From Mantamonas sphyraenae STR306 (lineage: Eukaryota > Protista > CRuMs): a stretch of DNA of 64,000 bases. The translations under genes were made by a program, and so were the position numbers. Shown here piece by piece: positions 25,501 to 38,005 of this stretch (position 1 is its first letter; the number at the start of each line of letters is the position of its first letter). Where the stretch lies: assembly GCA_026936335.1 (NCBI GenBank), contig JAPMXV010000008.1, positions 1 through 64,000 of the forward strand, given 5' to 3'. The notes below the pieces were generated by a model. That model saw nothing but the letters and a program-made list of their open reading frames with translations. It searched no databases and was not told where the DNA came from.

Positions 25501-28500
25501 ACGTCAAACTTGGCCACGCTTGGGATCTCAAAGCGTCCCAACGCCATAATCACCGTGCCCCACTCCTTGGCAGACTCGGAAGCCCCTTCTGCGTCCGGCA
25601 CCGCGTTCAGCAGCCGGATGCGCTGGTCCACGGGCAACTTCTGGAACTCGTCCCAGAACGCACCCGTATGCTCCAGCTTGCCAGCGGCCATCTCCAGAAA
25701 CTCCTTCACATTCAGTGCGGCAAACGTCGCCCTGCCCAGATCCCACTGCAGGAACTGGAACGGGATCATGGCTGTGCGCAGGCGCAGTGGCACCATCTGC
25801 ACAAGACCCGACACAGACATGCGCTTCAGCGTGTTGGCCACCTTGGCCACCAGCTGGTACGTGTCCAGCGACAGCAGCGGTCCGTTGTCCCCCGGCTGCT
25901 GCATCAGTTGGTACGGGCCCAAAAAGTTGGGCAGCCGCCAGTACGTGTTGCGGATGGCCGCCTTGAACCCAATCTGTCCAGGCAGTTTCTCCGGCATCAA
26001 CGCCTTGCGGTCCGTAAAGAAGCGGATCAGCGCAGGCGCAACCTGCAGCAGCGCCGCAGGATCCACCGTCGGCAGCGGAAACTCCGTGCCCATTCGTCCG
26101 CCGTAGTCAAACATGTGCACCTCCCAGATGTCGATGCGCTTGTGGAACGCAGGAATCGGGATGGGGAACGCCGCCTGGTACAGCCAAAAGATCCACAGGT
26201 CGTCCATCTCCAGCGTGTACTGCTGGTTCGTCGCCGTAAGCGACCAGCATCCGGGATGCGGGAACGGACGTTGGCACTCGCTGCTCTTCAAGTCTTTGCT
26301 CGGCTTGAAGTGGAACATGTAGCTCGGGATGATTTCAGGCAGCATAAACATGTCAAAGTCCAGCGATGTGCGACTGAGCAGCGCCTGGCCCCACAGCACC
26401 TCGCCGATACCCACGTGTCGCAGCGTCAGGCCCAAAAGACCGCCCATTTCGACGGAAAGATGACCTTCAGCGGACGGTCCTTCAGGTGCACGTCAAAGAT
26501 CAGGCTGGTGTCCACGACGCCAAACGCAATGTCAAACTGCACCCGGTTCGGCACCTCGATCTTCAAGTAGTGCTGGATGCGCTTCGGCATCTGGCTCAAG
26601 CTCACTCGTTTCAGCACCGTATCACACGCGTCCTTGAGAGGCTTGGGCACCTGGAATGCAGGGTTGATGCGCTGACCGATCATCTGCACCAAATCCAGCA
26701 GCGCCGCGCCAAAGTTGTCCGTGTTCTTGGTCAGATCAAACTCCAGCAGGGGCACCTTGTCCGGGATCTGATCGATCAGTCCGGCATCCTCGTGCTGCTG
26801 CAGCTTCAGTGCCTGGCGCAGAATGTCCTTCAGCAAGTACGTGGGCACGCTCAAGTCCTTCAGCCACAGGCCGCCCTTGGCCACCAGCTTCATCGTCTTG
26901 ACGTCCACCGACAGCACGGGGTTCTGGAAGCGCACGTCAAACAGATTCTTCACGTGCACACGCAGCCACTCCGACCCATCCTCCGCCGTGAACGGCTGCA
27001 CAAACGAGAACGGCGAAGTAAGCGGCTTGATGAAAAAGCCGTCCACTTGGTTCAGGCCCACCTGCAGCTGGAGCAGCGAGTCGGCCTTGCCCGTAAACGT
27101 GCGCACAGGCGCAAAGATCGGCTTGCACGTCACTGCGCCGTCCTTGCACCACGTCTGTCCCGGCGTGCAGCATCCGGAATAGTCCATGGGCGACTTGCCG
27201 TCGCTGCGCTCCACCGTAAACACGTAGTTCATCTTGCTCGGCAAGCCCAACCCGACCGTCACCGAAAAGCCGAAGCGCGTCTTGCGCCCCTGCTTCGTCA
27301 GCGAAATCTTGCCCTCCACAATCGACAGCGCCACCTTGCCAATCGGCAACGACGTCGTGCCCATCGGAATGTCCGGGATGTCCACTTCCAGGAAGCCATC
27401 CTGAGGGGTCACCTTGAACTCCAGGCCACTCTTCTTCAGCGAGCCCGTCATCACCAGCTTCACAGGCAGCAGTCGCTTGATCCAGCCCTTGGTGCCCGTG
27501 ATGGCCGTGTAACCTTGCACAATCAGCGCAAAGCCGTCTGCCTTGGTGCGGCTCACCGTCACGTGGTCGAATCCCAGCTCCATCTTGGGGGTTGGCTTGA
27601 ACACGCCGTCCGGCATGATGGGGAAACTGATGGGCTGGCACTGGCTCTTTCCCGCGGCGTCCTTGCGACACTCCAGCACAAAGCGCTGTTCCGTTCCCTT
27701 GTTGGCCGATTCGATCGACACGCTGATCGGCAGCTTTGTCTTGAGGAGCTGCAGATCCAGCGTGGCCCATCCCGACACCGACCAGTCGCCCTTTGCACGC
27801 TTGCCGCCGCTCTTGGACTTCAGCGGCTGCGTGTACTTGACGCTGATGCGGTCTCCCGTGACCACCAGGGTCTCGGGGATGTTCAGCAGGCGCAGGTTCT
27901 TTCCAGCAACCACAAAGTCGTACACCACTGCCGCACCCGCAGCTTTGCGGTTGCGCGGCATCGTGACAGTCAGGTTTGCGTTCAGCTCCACTTGCATCAC
28001 CTGCAGCACAGCAGAGCCCCACACCGTCCACGTGGGCTTACCCGGCGGCCGAGAAAACTTGAGCGAGATCTTCTTCAAATTCAGGTCGTTGCTGACCTTG
28101 AGCGACGCACCGATGCCCAGGGTCACCACAGGCTTGGCCGTCTTGTTGGCGCGCACCACGTCGATGCTCAGGGACGACGAGACGACCCAGTCGTACGACA
28201 CGGTGACCTTGGCCGCCGCGTTGACAGCGGCCGCGCCCGTGGTCGAGTCCCACGTGATCTGCACGGTTGTCAGCTCGACGTCGGGCACGCCCTTGGGCAG
28301 ATCGGCGCCAGCCTTGCCAATGGCAAAGGCCACAAGGTTGGTCAACTTGATGTTCTGAGCAGTCGCCACGACATGGACGGGCGGCCGCTTGGGAAGGCTG
28401 TTGGTACTTTGGATGTTGACCTTGATCTTGGCCTGCAGTGCGCCCACCAGCACACGCTTGCCCACGGTGATTTGCTTGCCTGCAAGCGTGTAGCTCTGCT

Positions 28501-30820
28501 GCGGCGTGCATGGCTCATCCATGGTGATGCACAGGCTGGCCGACGCCTTTCCTGCACGTGTGTCCATCGACGCCGGACCGCATTGTGTCAGCGACTGCAG
28601 GCGTGCGCCGGTGTCGACCGTGCGCAGCTTCAGCTTGCCGTTGGGGGAGTGCAGCTGCACAAACGGCACGCCCCACACGGACACGTGCTTCTCCGCAGTG
28701 TGCATCGACGACGCAGACAGGTCCAGCACGTTGTTGTCCCCTGCAAGCGGCACGCCTCCTGCAAACCAGCCTCCCACCGACGTGGTGGCCGTAAACGTGC
28801 GTGCGTGCACAACCACGCCGTGGAATCCCTGGTAGGGACGCCCCAGGTCCGCCTTGACCAGGGTTTGCTGCGGCGGGTTGCCCGAAGCAAACAGGCCTGT
28901 CGCCTTGACGTCCTCTGCGCTACGTCCAATCACGTACGCGATCGAGTCGACGTCCAGCAGACCGCCGCATCCCTTGACGAGAGCGACGTTGGCCAGGCTC
29001 GTCTCGGCCATGGACGCCACAAACACCACGTCTTTCGACTTTGGTGCAAAGTTGACCCACACGGTAAAGTCCACCGCGGCAGTGGAGCGGAATCCGAACG
29101 CCGACGACAGTTTGGGCAACAGTGTGTTGTCCGTTTGTGACGCCGTGAACCGGAAGGTGAGTCCTGCCAGCGCTGTCAGTGTGCGGTTCATAGCAGACAG
29201 CTCGGTGGTGCCCGGATGGTACACCACCTCCACGCCCGTGTGCGTGTCCATGGCCATGCCTGTGGGCTTGGTGAAGCCCAGCATGGCGTCTGCCCCAGCT
29301 TGCGGCATTGCCTCGCGAGCCACAAGATCGGCAGCAACTGCCTTTTTGTTGCACGTCCTGTCGAGCGCATCGAAAGGCCTGCAGGCGTCATCAGCAGCAC
29401 AAACGGGAAACGTGATGCCTGGGAGTGCACCTGAGCCACACCTCGCAAGTCGAACGACGCGCCTGTGCCCGTGGGCGGCACGTTGACCACCACGTCCAGG
29501 TGAACAACATCAAGATGTGGTGCTCCAAATTCCGGCTTGTCTGTTGGCACATACCGTCGGAGAGAAAGCCCACCAATGTGAGCACGGGACTCCCATTTCA
29601 CACTCACTCACTCCAGATTCTCAGCAATAAAACTTACCAGCTCGTGCAGCGAGGCAAACACTTGAAGTTTGCGGACAACGGGCCGCAGCACGCAATGTGA
29701 GCTTAGCCTCGGGAAGCGTTTTTTGCGCAGCACCCACAGCACTGAGGGTGGCGGAACCGCTGCTCGAGGTCAGCTGGGCCGTGTCTTGGTGAACGGACAG
29801 ACGAACACCCTGCGCAAGCGTGATGCGAAGCTGAGCGGTTTCGATGGTGTGCGCAGAGTTCAGTTCGACCGTGCAGGCCTTGCCCTGCTGACAGGTGAGG
29901 TCTGCCGGCAGGCCATGCACCTTCATGCCACCGGCAAGGCGGACATCAAGTGCCTCCACGGTACCGTGGCCGTCCAAACGCATGGACAAGTCCACACGGG
30001 TGCTTTTGGAAGTCGAGAGCACGGCTTCCACTTTCTTGTTCAGCATGCGCGGGCCTCCCAGGGTTTGCAGCAGAGCGACTCCGCCTCCTGCGGAGGATGC
30101 CTTGAAGGACACCACACCCGAAGGAGCCAGATGCATGTTTATGCGCACCTCCTGGCCAGCCAGCGTCGCTACGCCGTCGATATGCACCGCATTGCCGCTC
30201 GGCTGGACTTTGTCGCGCGCAACACGTTCAACAAGCAAACGTTGTTGCGTGCGCATTGCCCAGCTTGGCATGCCATGCTTATGCAACCATGCCACAGGCA
30301 TGTTCCACGACCCTTTCAGTACATCCAGGGCATCCAGGGCGTGCTGCAGCACCGCGTCTGTGCGTGGGCGGTGTGGACGTGTCAGCGGAATCCTGGAGAC
30401 AACACTGCTCCAATATTCAAGTCCCCGAGGAGCCACACTTTTCCATGTGCACAGACCCTGCAGGACGACACAGACATGCAGATCGCATGGAACACTCCCA
30501 TGCACACATATACAGACACATACCACCACTCATGGGGCTCAAATGCGCCCGTGGCACAATTGAGCCATGAGAGGGGCTGTGGCACGTTTTTCGCAACAAA
30601 AAATCAAACGACTCCGCCACGTACGCTGGGACTTGAGGGGCGCAGCCACATCAAAGTCATGCAGGATGGACGCACTATTGTCGCCATCCACAGAAACAGA
30701 TACTGCAGAGCCAAACGTGCTCAGCAGCGAGAATATAGTCACAATTGTGATTACGTCGAAAATTCGCCCGCTCGCGTTCTTCCGCGCGCGGACAAGGTCA
30801 ACTCGTGTGTTCTCCCTCAT
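10519..30820 (-). CDS. Giant (~6,700 aa) putative secreted protein: hydrophobic leader, beta-rich region, amphipathic coiled coil, Cys-rich repeats, fascin-like beta-trefoil, about 24 LamG/ConA-like repeats and 2 TSP1 domains. Interrupted by several frameshifts and 1-2 introns
   Basis: Same-strand overlapping ORFs (30539-30820, 30382-30585, 29621-30529, 29188-29607, 26426-29323, 11139-26447, 10519-11313) have matching codon style and join by 1-nt shifts. TSP1 motifs W..C...CGGG.Q.R. LamG motifs TVALWF, HHLAVV, YVNG/FVDG. The 5' 1.5 kb is least certain. Confidence 0.75.
19511..19830 (-). other. Two thrombospondin type-1 (spondin-like) domains within the giant protein
   Basis: CRASHWKPVGECNKACGGGVQRMVRK...CNKKPCPVDCKMGEWATQKCSRSCGKGELISTRRI...C. 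Confidence 0.92.
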
Positions 30821-30883
30821 TGTCGTGTCAATGAAGCAGATGGAACAAAAGTTGAGCGTTGGTGAATTTTTTCAATGCCTCCG

Positions 30884-32627
30884 TCAGTGCGCTTCCTCGG
30901 CACGCGGGATGTCGCTCGGCTCCATGTCCTGGATGTCCGTAATCACACCCTTGATCACCTCCAGGCACTCATCCATTTGCTCCTCGGTAATCACCAGCGG
31001 CGGTGCAAACCGAATGGTTGTCTCGTGTGTGGGCTTGCACAGCAGGCCGCGCTCGCGAAGCAACAGGCACACGTTCCACGCGCTGTGCTTGAACTCCGGA
31101 TCAAACTCCACAGCGTTCAGCAACCCTTTGCCTCGCACGTCCACAATAAACGAGTTGGCCTCCTTCAGCTCGTTCATCGCCGCACGGAACTTCTCGCCCA
31201 TCGCCTCCGCATTCTCTGCCAGCTTTTCGTCCTTCAGGATCTGCAGAGCCTCCATGGCAATGGCAGACGCCATCGGGTTGCCTCCGTACGTCGACCCGTG
31301 GATGCCTGGCTCCACGTACTGCATCACCTTGTCGTCCGCAAGCACAACGCTCACAGGGTACATGCCGCCACTGATTGCCTTTGCCAGCAGCACCATGTCC
31401 GGCCGCACGCCAACGTGGTCACACGCAAGCATCTTGCCCGTGCGGCACAGACCCGTCTGGATCTCGTCTGCAATCAGAAGCACGTTGTACTCCTCGCAAA
31501 GCTTCGCCACCCCCGGCAGGTAGTCGTCGTCTGGCACGATGATTCCGGCCTCGCCCTGGATAGGCTCCACCAGGAATCCTGCGATGCGGTCGCCATGGGC
31601 CTCAAACACCTTCTTCACTCCCTCCAGATCGTTGTATGCCAGCTGGTATCCGCTGTGCGGGCATCGCGGGCCGAACGAGTCTGTAAACGGCGCAAACCCG
31701 GGATGCCTGCAATCCACGTCTGTGCTTCCACTCACAATGGTGATGGTGTCCGTGGAACGCTCCCGACACATTCACCACAATTGCTTCGCCATCCTTGATC
31801 CCCTTGCTCTTGTAGCCCCACAGACGCGCCAACTTCAGCGCCGTCTCCACGCTCTCGGCACCGCCGCTCGACGGCAGCACACGGTCGTAGCCAAAGAACT
31901 CTGTCACGTACTTTGCAAACTCACCGTAGCGGTAGTTATAGAACGCCCGCGACGACAGCGTGCACCTGTTCTCCCGCAGTCCCATCAACACACACACACG
32001 TGTCAGCTCCTCCTCCCTCCATCCCTCCCTACCACCCTACCTCCCTCCCTTTCCCCTTCTCTATCCCTCTCCGATTGCCCGTTCTTCTCCCCCTGTTCGT
32101 CATCAAATGCACACACGCTGCCCCGTGGTCCGTGGTCCACGCAATAACATCCCACAAAATATCCCTCCGGCCCTCTTTCCCCGCCCTACCCACACCCGCA
32201 CGCCTCTCTCCACGCCCACCTACTTGGTCATCTGATCCTGCATCACTTTGACCAGCCTGGGGTGGCAATGGCCTGCGTCCTGCATGTGTCAGCCGCTCCG
32301 CACCGCTTCGGCGGCTAAAATTCCGCTTTTCCACAAACGGCAAACCACCAGGCGCCCTCTCCCTTTGTTCCGCCCCGCTCTCGGCCGCCACCCACCCCTC
32401 CACTCACCTTGGTTCACCGCGCTGTACGCAGACAGAAAGTCGTAGAATCGTTCGCCCTCCGCGTTCCAAACATGCACTCCTTCAGCCTTGACAAACACCA
32501 CCGGCAGCGGGTGGTAGTTGTTTGCGCTGTACTTTGCTTCCAGTGCCATCGTCTCCTCCGACGAGATCAACGTCTCGCCCGTCACCTCCTCCATCTTCTG
32601 CTTGTTCATTTCTTCGCTGCTGCTCAT
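30884..32627 (-). CDS. OAT: Ornithine aminotransferase (class III PLP), 2 introns, apparent 2-nt deletion at ~31748
   Basis: [20 protein letters not shown]|[30 protein letters not shown] lysine in [17 protein letters not shown]. Exons 32408-32627, 32224-32272, 30884-31965. Confidence 0.95.
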
Positions 32628-32711
32628 CGTTGGCTGTGTGCTTGAGTTGAATGTTGCTGTGCGCTGCCCGGCGCAACCAATCCCACCCCAACCCCCCCTT
32701 CCACCCGCCGC

Positions 32712-34025
32712 ATGTCCACCGCCTACAACGCCAAACTCGAAGCCCTCAAGACGGCCGTTCCAGACCCACCCACCCCTGGTGACGCAAACGAGATGCAGCT
32801 CGTGGCTGCCTCCGACTTTGCACGTGATCCCTCCATCACCTTTCTCAACCACGGCTCCTACGGCTCCAACCCGCGCTGGGTCTCTCAACAGCACCATGAC
32901 CTCGAAGACCTCATTGAGTTTGAACCCGACGAGTTTGTCCGCCGCACCTACCCGCAATGGTACGACGACGTCGTCCAAGAGCTTGCCACCTGGCTCAACG
33001 CCCCTTCTCCCGACTCCCTCGGTCTCTTCCAGTCCTCCATGGCCGCCCTCAACGCCGTCCTGTTTTCCTTTGAGTTCCAGCCGGGTGACCAGATTGTCGT
33101 CAGCAATCTCCTTTACGGCAAGCTCGAGGGCACCCTCGCCTGGCTCGTGCCCGAAACCGGCGTTGACCTCGTCGTCGTCCATGTCGATGTCCCACTTCCC
33201 TCCACAGACGTCCTCCTCACAGACATTGCCTCTGCCATCACAGAAAACACCCGTCTCGTCATCTGGGACCTCATCACCTCCTCCACCGCCCTTCGCTTCC
33301 CCGTCGAAGACATCTGTGCCCTCTGCAACGACCGCAACGTGCCCATCCTTGTCGACGCCGCCCACGGCATCGGTCAGGTCGCCATTGACCTCTGCGCATG
33401 GAAGCCCACGTTTCTCAACACAAATGTCCACAAATGGGGCTTCGCTAAGCGAGGCTGCACCGTCCTCTTTGTCGACGACGCCTGGGCCGACCGTGTCAAG
33501 CCTCTCACTCTCTGGACACGCCCCAAGGACGACAACCTCCCTCTGTCCATGTATGATCGCTTCAAGAAGCAGGGCGTTGTCCCGTTTAGCCACTACCTCA
33601 GTGCCTCCTTTGGCTACCGCTGGCACACCGCCGCCGGCGGCCAGGCCCTCATCGACCACTGCCTCTCCCTTTGCCAGTGGGCAACTGCCTACCTCTGCGA
33701 CCTTTGGGGTACTTCCTGCCTCCAGGATCCACCCCAGTGCTTCATGTCCTGCATCCGCTGCCCCATCCCAAACGACGGCTCCTTTGCCGCCACACAGGCC
33801 ATCTGGGACGACCTCCTCCACCAGCATGGCATCGAAGTGGCCGTCCTCGCCCACGAGGACATCATCTACATCCGCATCTCCGTCAACGTGTACAACTCCA
33901 AGGACGAATATCGCCGCCTTGGCGACGCCGTCCTCCAACTTGCCAGCGCCAACTCCTCCTACACCGCCGATGATGGCTCCAGCAGCAGCAGCGACAAACA
34001 CGACAAAGTGCGCACAGAGAGTTGA
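32712..34025 (+). CDS. Class V PLP-dependent enzyme (isopenicillin N epimerase / L-cysteine desulfhydrase / Egt2-like)
   Basis: [25 protein letters not shown] (PLP Lys), RISVNVYN. Confidence 0.88.
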   Translation: MSTAYNAKLEALKTAVPDPPTPGDANEMQLVAASDFARDPSITFLNHGSYGSNPRWVSQQHHDLEDLIEFEPDEFVRRTYPQWYDDVVQELATWLNAPSPDSLGLFQSSMAALNAVLFSFEFQPGDQIVVSNLLYGKLEGTLAWLVPETGVDLVVVHVDVPLPSTDVLLTDIASAITENTRLVIWDLITSSTALRFPVEDICALCNDRNVPILVDAAHGIGQVAIDLCAWKPTFLNTNVHKWGFAKRGCTVLFVDDAWADRVKPLTLWTRPKDDNLPLSMYDRFKKQGVVPFSHYLSASFGYRWHTAAGGQALIDHCLSLCQWATAYLCDLWGTSCLQDPPQCFMSCIRCPIPNDGSFAATQAIWDDLLHQHGIEVAVLAHEDIIYIRISVNVYNSKDEYRRLGDAVLQLASANSSYTADDGSSSSSDKHDKVRTES

Positions 34026-34070
34026 TGGACACATCCGAATGCATGCTGTTGTTGATGTTGATTTCCTCCG

Positions 34071-36977
34071 TCAATTCTCGTCCTCGCTCAAATCCGCCTC
34101 ACTCTCCACATCCTCTTCCTGCAGTTGACCCACACGTCCGTTGCTGGGCGGAGACAGCGTGTCCATCTCCAGCGACGAGCTGCTCCCCTGTGCCTTGACC
34201 TTCTTCTTCTTCTTCTCCTCGTTAAGCTCGTCGTCCTGAGCCTTGCGTGACTCCAAAGCACGCAGCGCATCCTCCTCTGCAATCTCCTTGCGCACCGCCT
34301 CCAACCTGCTGCTCGCCTGCAGATCCTCCATGCCGCCCGACATGCTCACCGAAATGCGCTTGCTGCTCCTGTTGTTCTTCTTGCGTGTGCTCGGGCTCAA
34401 CGTCATGCGACCACTCTCCTCGTCATCGTCCTCCACATACACCTGCATCGTGGTCACCACCGTCGAGTGCGTGCGGTTGCGCTTCTCTTGCTCCTTGCGC
34501 TCCTTCTTTGTCAGGTGCCGCTGCCCGCTCTGCTTCAGCTTGCGTGCAATTTCCGGCAGCTGGTCGTCGTCCGCGTTGATCGCTCCCGTGCGCAGCAAGA
34601 TGCTTTGCAGAACCGTCTCTTGGTTGTTGCCCAACGCACGCTCACGCATTTGACGCTCTCGTTGCATCTCCAGCAGGTCCACGCCCGTCTTTGTGCTGAT
34701 CTGGTTCATCTCGTACAGCTTCTGCTCGGGCGTCACCTTGACCGTACGCGACCAGCGCGTCTCGTTCAGCTGCAGCCGGTACACACGCTTGCGTGCCGCC
34801 TGCTCCTCATTGCTGGTCCACCAGGGCTTCTGGATGTTGTGCTCCTTTCGGATGGCGTCCAACTCCTTGCCCAAGATCGGCAGGCGCACCTCGTACGTCT
34901 CGCGGTTCGAGAAGTTGTTGAATGCCTCCACATACAACGTAGTCAGCAGGTTCGTGATGATCAGCACCACAATCATGTTGAATGTCACAAAGTACCACGA
35001 CGCGTTGCGCGACTGCGTCGCCGCCATCGTGTCGTACATGATGTACTGCCAGTTCGACTTGGTGGCCATCTGGAACAGCAGGATGAATGTCTGCCACGGC
35101 GTGTTGAACGTCACAAAGCTGTACGACACGTTCGAGATGTTGATCTCGTCAAACGTTCCCGAAAACAGCTCCATGCCAATGATCATGTAGATGTAAAACA
35201 CAACCAGCAGCAGTGTGCCCAACGAAAACAGCGTCTGCAGCACATAGCGGAACGTGCGCACAAATTCCTGCAAGCGTTTGATCAGCGAAATGAAACGCAT
35301 CGTCACCGTCGAGCGGAACACCTGGATGCCGCCAATCACAGCGCGCACGTCGTCAAAGAACAGCAGGAACTGCACGAGGAACGACACCATCACCAGCACC
35401 ACGTCAAACACCTGCCACGGATCCTTCCACAGGCCGTTGCCAAAGGCGATGTAGCGCGCAGCAATCTCCACCACGTAGATCATGGTCAGCACAAAGAAAA
35501 GCGTCTCCAATGTGGCCACCTCGGCACGCGTCTGGTTCACGCGGAACTGACCCACAATCAGCACGGAGCAGCACGTCAGCAGCACCAGCACGTACTTGAA
35601 GTACCTGTGCTTCATCACCTTGCGCAGACGAGGCACAACCTTGTACCGCATAAAGTCACCCTTCACGTGGCCCAAGTGTCGCTCTGCGTCATCTGTGTCG
35701 TCCGAGTCGTTTGCGTCGAACTGGATGTTCAGAATCAGCATGTCCGTCAGCTCAAAGAACTCCAGCACAGAGATCGGCTCGTCGTCCGGGTGCGAGTAGT
35801 TGAATACCCAGATGATCACGTCCATGTTTGGAGGCTGAATCATGTCCAGCAGCTTCAGGAAGTAGTGCCTCGGGATCTTGCCTTGGCGGTTCACATCCAG
35901 AATGATAAACGCAGCCAGAATTGCAATGCGCTCCTTCACACGATGGGTCGTCGCCTTCTTTGCACGCTCCTCCTTGAACGCACTAAACATGACGGCCACC
36001 ACCTGCGACAGGAAGAAGTACACCGCAATCACCACATACGTGATGAAAAACACGGCGTAGCCCGGGTTGCTGTTCATCGCTCCGTAGATCACAAACGGAT
36101 AGGTGTTGAGCGACAGCAGCGTGTACAGGGTCAGCATCGACGCGATGAAATCGTCAAAGTTCTCTGCCGGCCGCGTCTCGCCGTTCGTCTTGATCTGGTT
36201 GCGGAGGATCTGCACGCCCAGCACGGCGTACATGATCACGAAAATCAGGATGACCAAGGCCAAATCCTTGAGGCGCGGAATTGTCTTGGCAATGGTGTTG
36301 TAGGCTCGGCGCGTGGTGCGCGAACGTGCAACCAGCAGCAGCGGCCGCAGGAAGCGCGAAAACCGAAACACAGACGAGCTGGAGCCAACGGCCACCAGCA
36401 CGTCAAGCACGTTGATGATCACAAGCACCGCATAGCCCAGATTCCATACTTTCTTCGTAAAGCCCTTGAATCCTGCGTGCGTCACACGCAGCGACAGGTC
36501 CATGATGTAAATCAGCACAATCACAAGTTCCACCCACACCAGCTGCAACAAGGACGACCTGGTCAGTGCATGTGTCCCATTTCCCTCTCGCTGCCCCCCT
36601 CCCCTCTCTCTCTCTCTCTGTGTTTCCCAATCGTCCCTCCTTGTGGCTCAACGTACGTCATTTGGCGCTGCTGCGCTCCACGTCTTTGTCGGCTCGCCAA
36701 AGATGAGCAGCAGGTGCGTGCAAATCACCGCAATGAGGATGTGATGATACCACCAGTTGTTGATGATGGCAAAGGCACTGTGTGCGCCGTGTTGTCGTTG
36801 TGTGTCAGCACCGTCACGTGCACCCTCCGCTCTCCACGCCTGCCGCCTGCCTGTTTTGGCAACTCACTTCATGGAATGCGTGTTGGTAGGGTGGATGTAA
36901 AACTCGCGTCCCAGGATCGAGTCGTTGATGTACGATGCCGCAAGACGCAGGCGGATGTCCTCCTGTGGGTATTGTGC

Positions 36978-37011
<34 letters not shown>

Positions 37012-37706
37012 CCAGTCACAGCCCAGCGCGTGTTAGCTTCTCACCCTGCCTTTCACGACTCCAGAAGCCTCCCACCCCACTCTCTTAGCCAGGCCCCTCA
37101 CGCCACCTACATCCAGTTTCTGCATCGTTGCATTGTTCAACTGCCGTTGCAGCGACGAGCGCTCCTCCTTGCTGCGCTTCTGTGCCTCCTTCTTCTTCTT
37201 CTTGTCCTTCTGTGGAGCGAGCAGGTTTTTTGCGCGCGGCCGCAAAGCCAGATGTCAGCGATCTCCGCCCTCCGTTTCCCTCGCAGCTCCTCCACCCGTT
37301 CTGCGCCTCACACGTCCTCCCACATCCATCCACGGCCTGCGTATCTCCCTCGCCCAACGCCTCCATGCACCCTCCAAGCCATTCCAGGCCAAACACATGC
37401 ACACTGCGCCGCCAAACACGCTATCCGAACTCGCCGCAAAAAAACAAAGTCCCGTTCCACCCGCTCGTCGTGCCCCTTCTGCGCACGCCCATGCCATCCC
37501 CACACCCATCCACGCCCACACACCGTGTGCTGTGTGGTCCTTGCACACACTCCTCCCTCCTATGTTTCGCACCGCCCGTCCCTTTAGCTCTCACCCACGC
37601 GCCAGCTTACCTTTCCTCCGCTGGCCTCCTTGCCCGTTTGCTGTCCGCTTGTGGCTCCTGCCATCGCTGTGCTCTGTCCCGTACTGTTGCGACGAAACTG
37701 CGACAT
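34071..37706 (-). CDS. Two-pore channel (TPC) family cation channel, several 5' introns
   Basis: Two 6-TM repeats. S4 RFSRFLRPL. Pore loops LLSLNTYP and MATKSNWQ. EF-hand-like linker LDVNRQGKI. Inferred first exons 37611-37706 and 37111-37209. Confidence 0.88.
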
Positions 37707-38005
37707 GGGTATCTGTGTGTTCCGCCAGCCCCCCATGGGTCCTTGTGTCAGTCACTCGCCCTCCCACGCCCGCTGTACAGCCTTGAGGCTCTCCCTTTTG
37801 CTCTGAGCTCCGAGAGCTCCATGCGCGCATGTTGCCCACGGCGTGCCCAATACCCCCTCCGTGTGCACCCGGGCTACACTGCACCATCGCCATCCATGTG
37901 TTTCCTCGCCACACTCATCTCTGGTTGCCACCCCCATCCTCTTTCACCCACCTACGGCTGGAAACGTTTGCCTCCGCGTGCGGCTGCAGCCCAACTCTCT
38001 CGTCC

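Noticed and set aside
26383-26470. 65-nt GT-AG intron explaining the 26448 frame break
   Set aside because: It fits the frame, but the donor (GTCATC) and acceptor (GAG) are poor and the sequence looks coding. A 1-nt deletion is simpler.
21213-29140. Long + strand ORFs (1785 aa, 884 aa) and many other antisense ORFs across the window
   Set aside because: They are shadow frames of real genes on the opposite strand, caused by GC-rich codon bias, with His/Arg/Ala-rich translations and no motifs.
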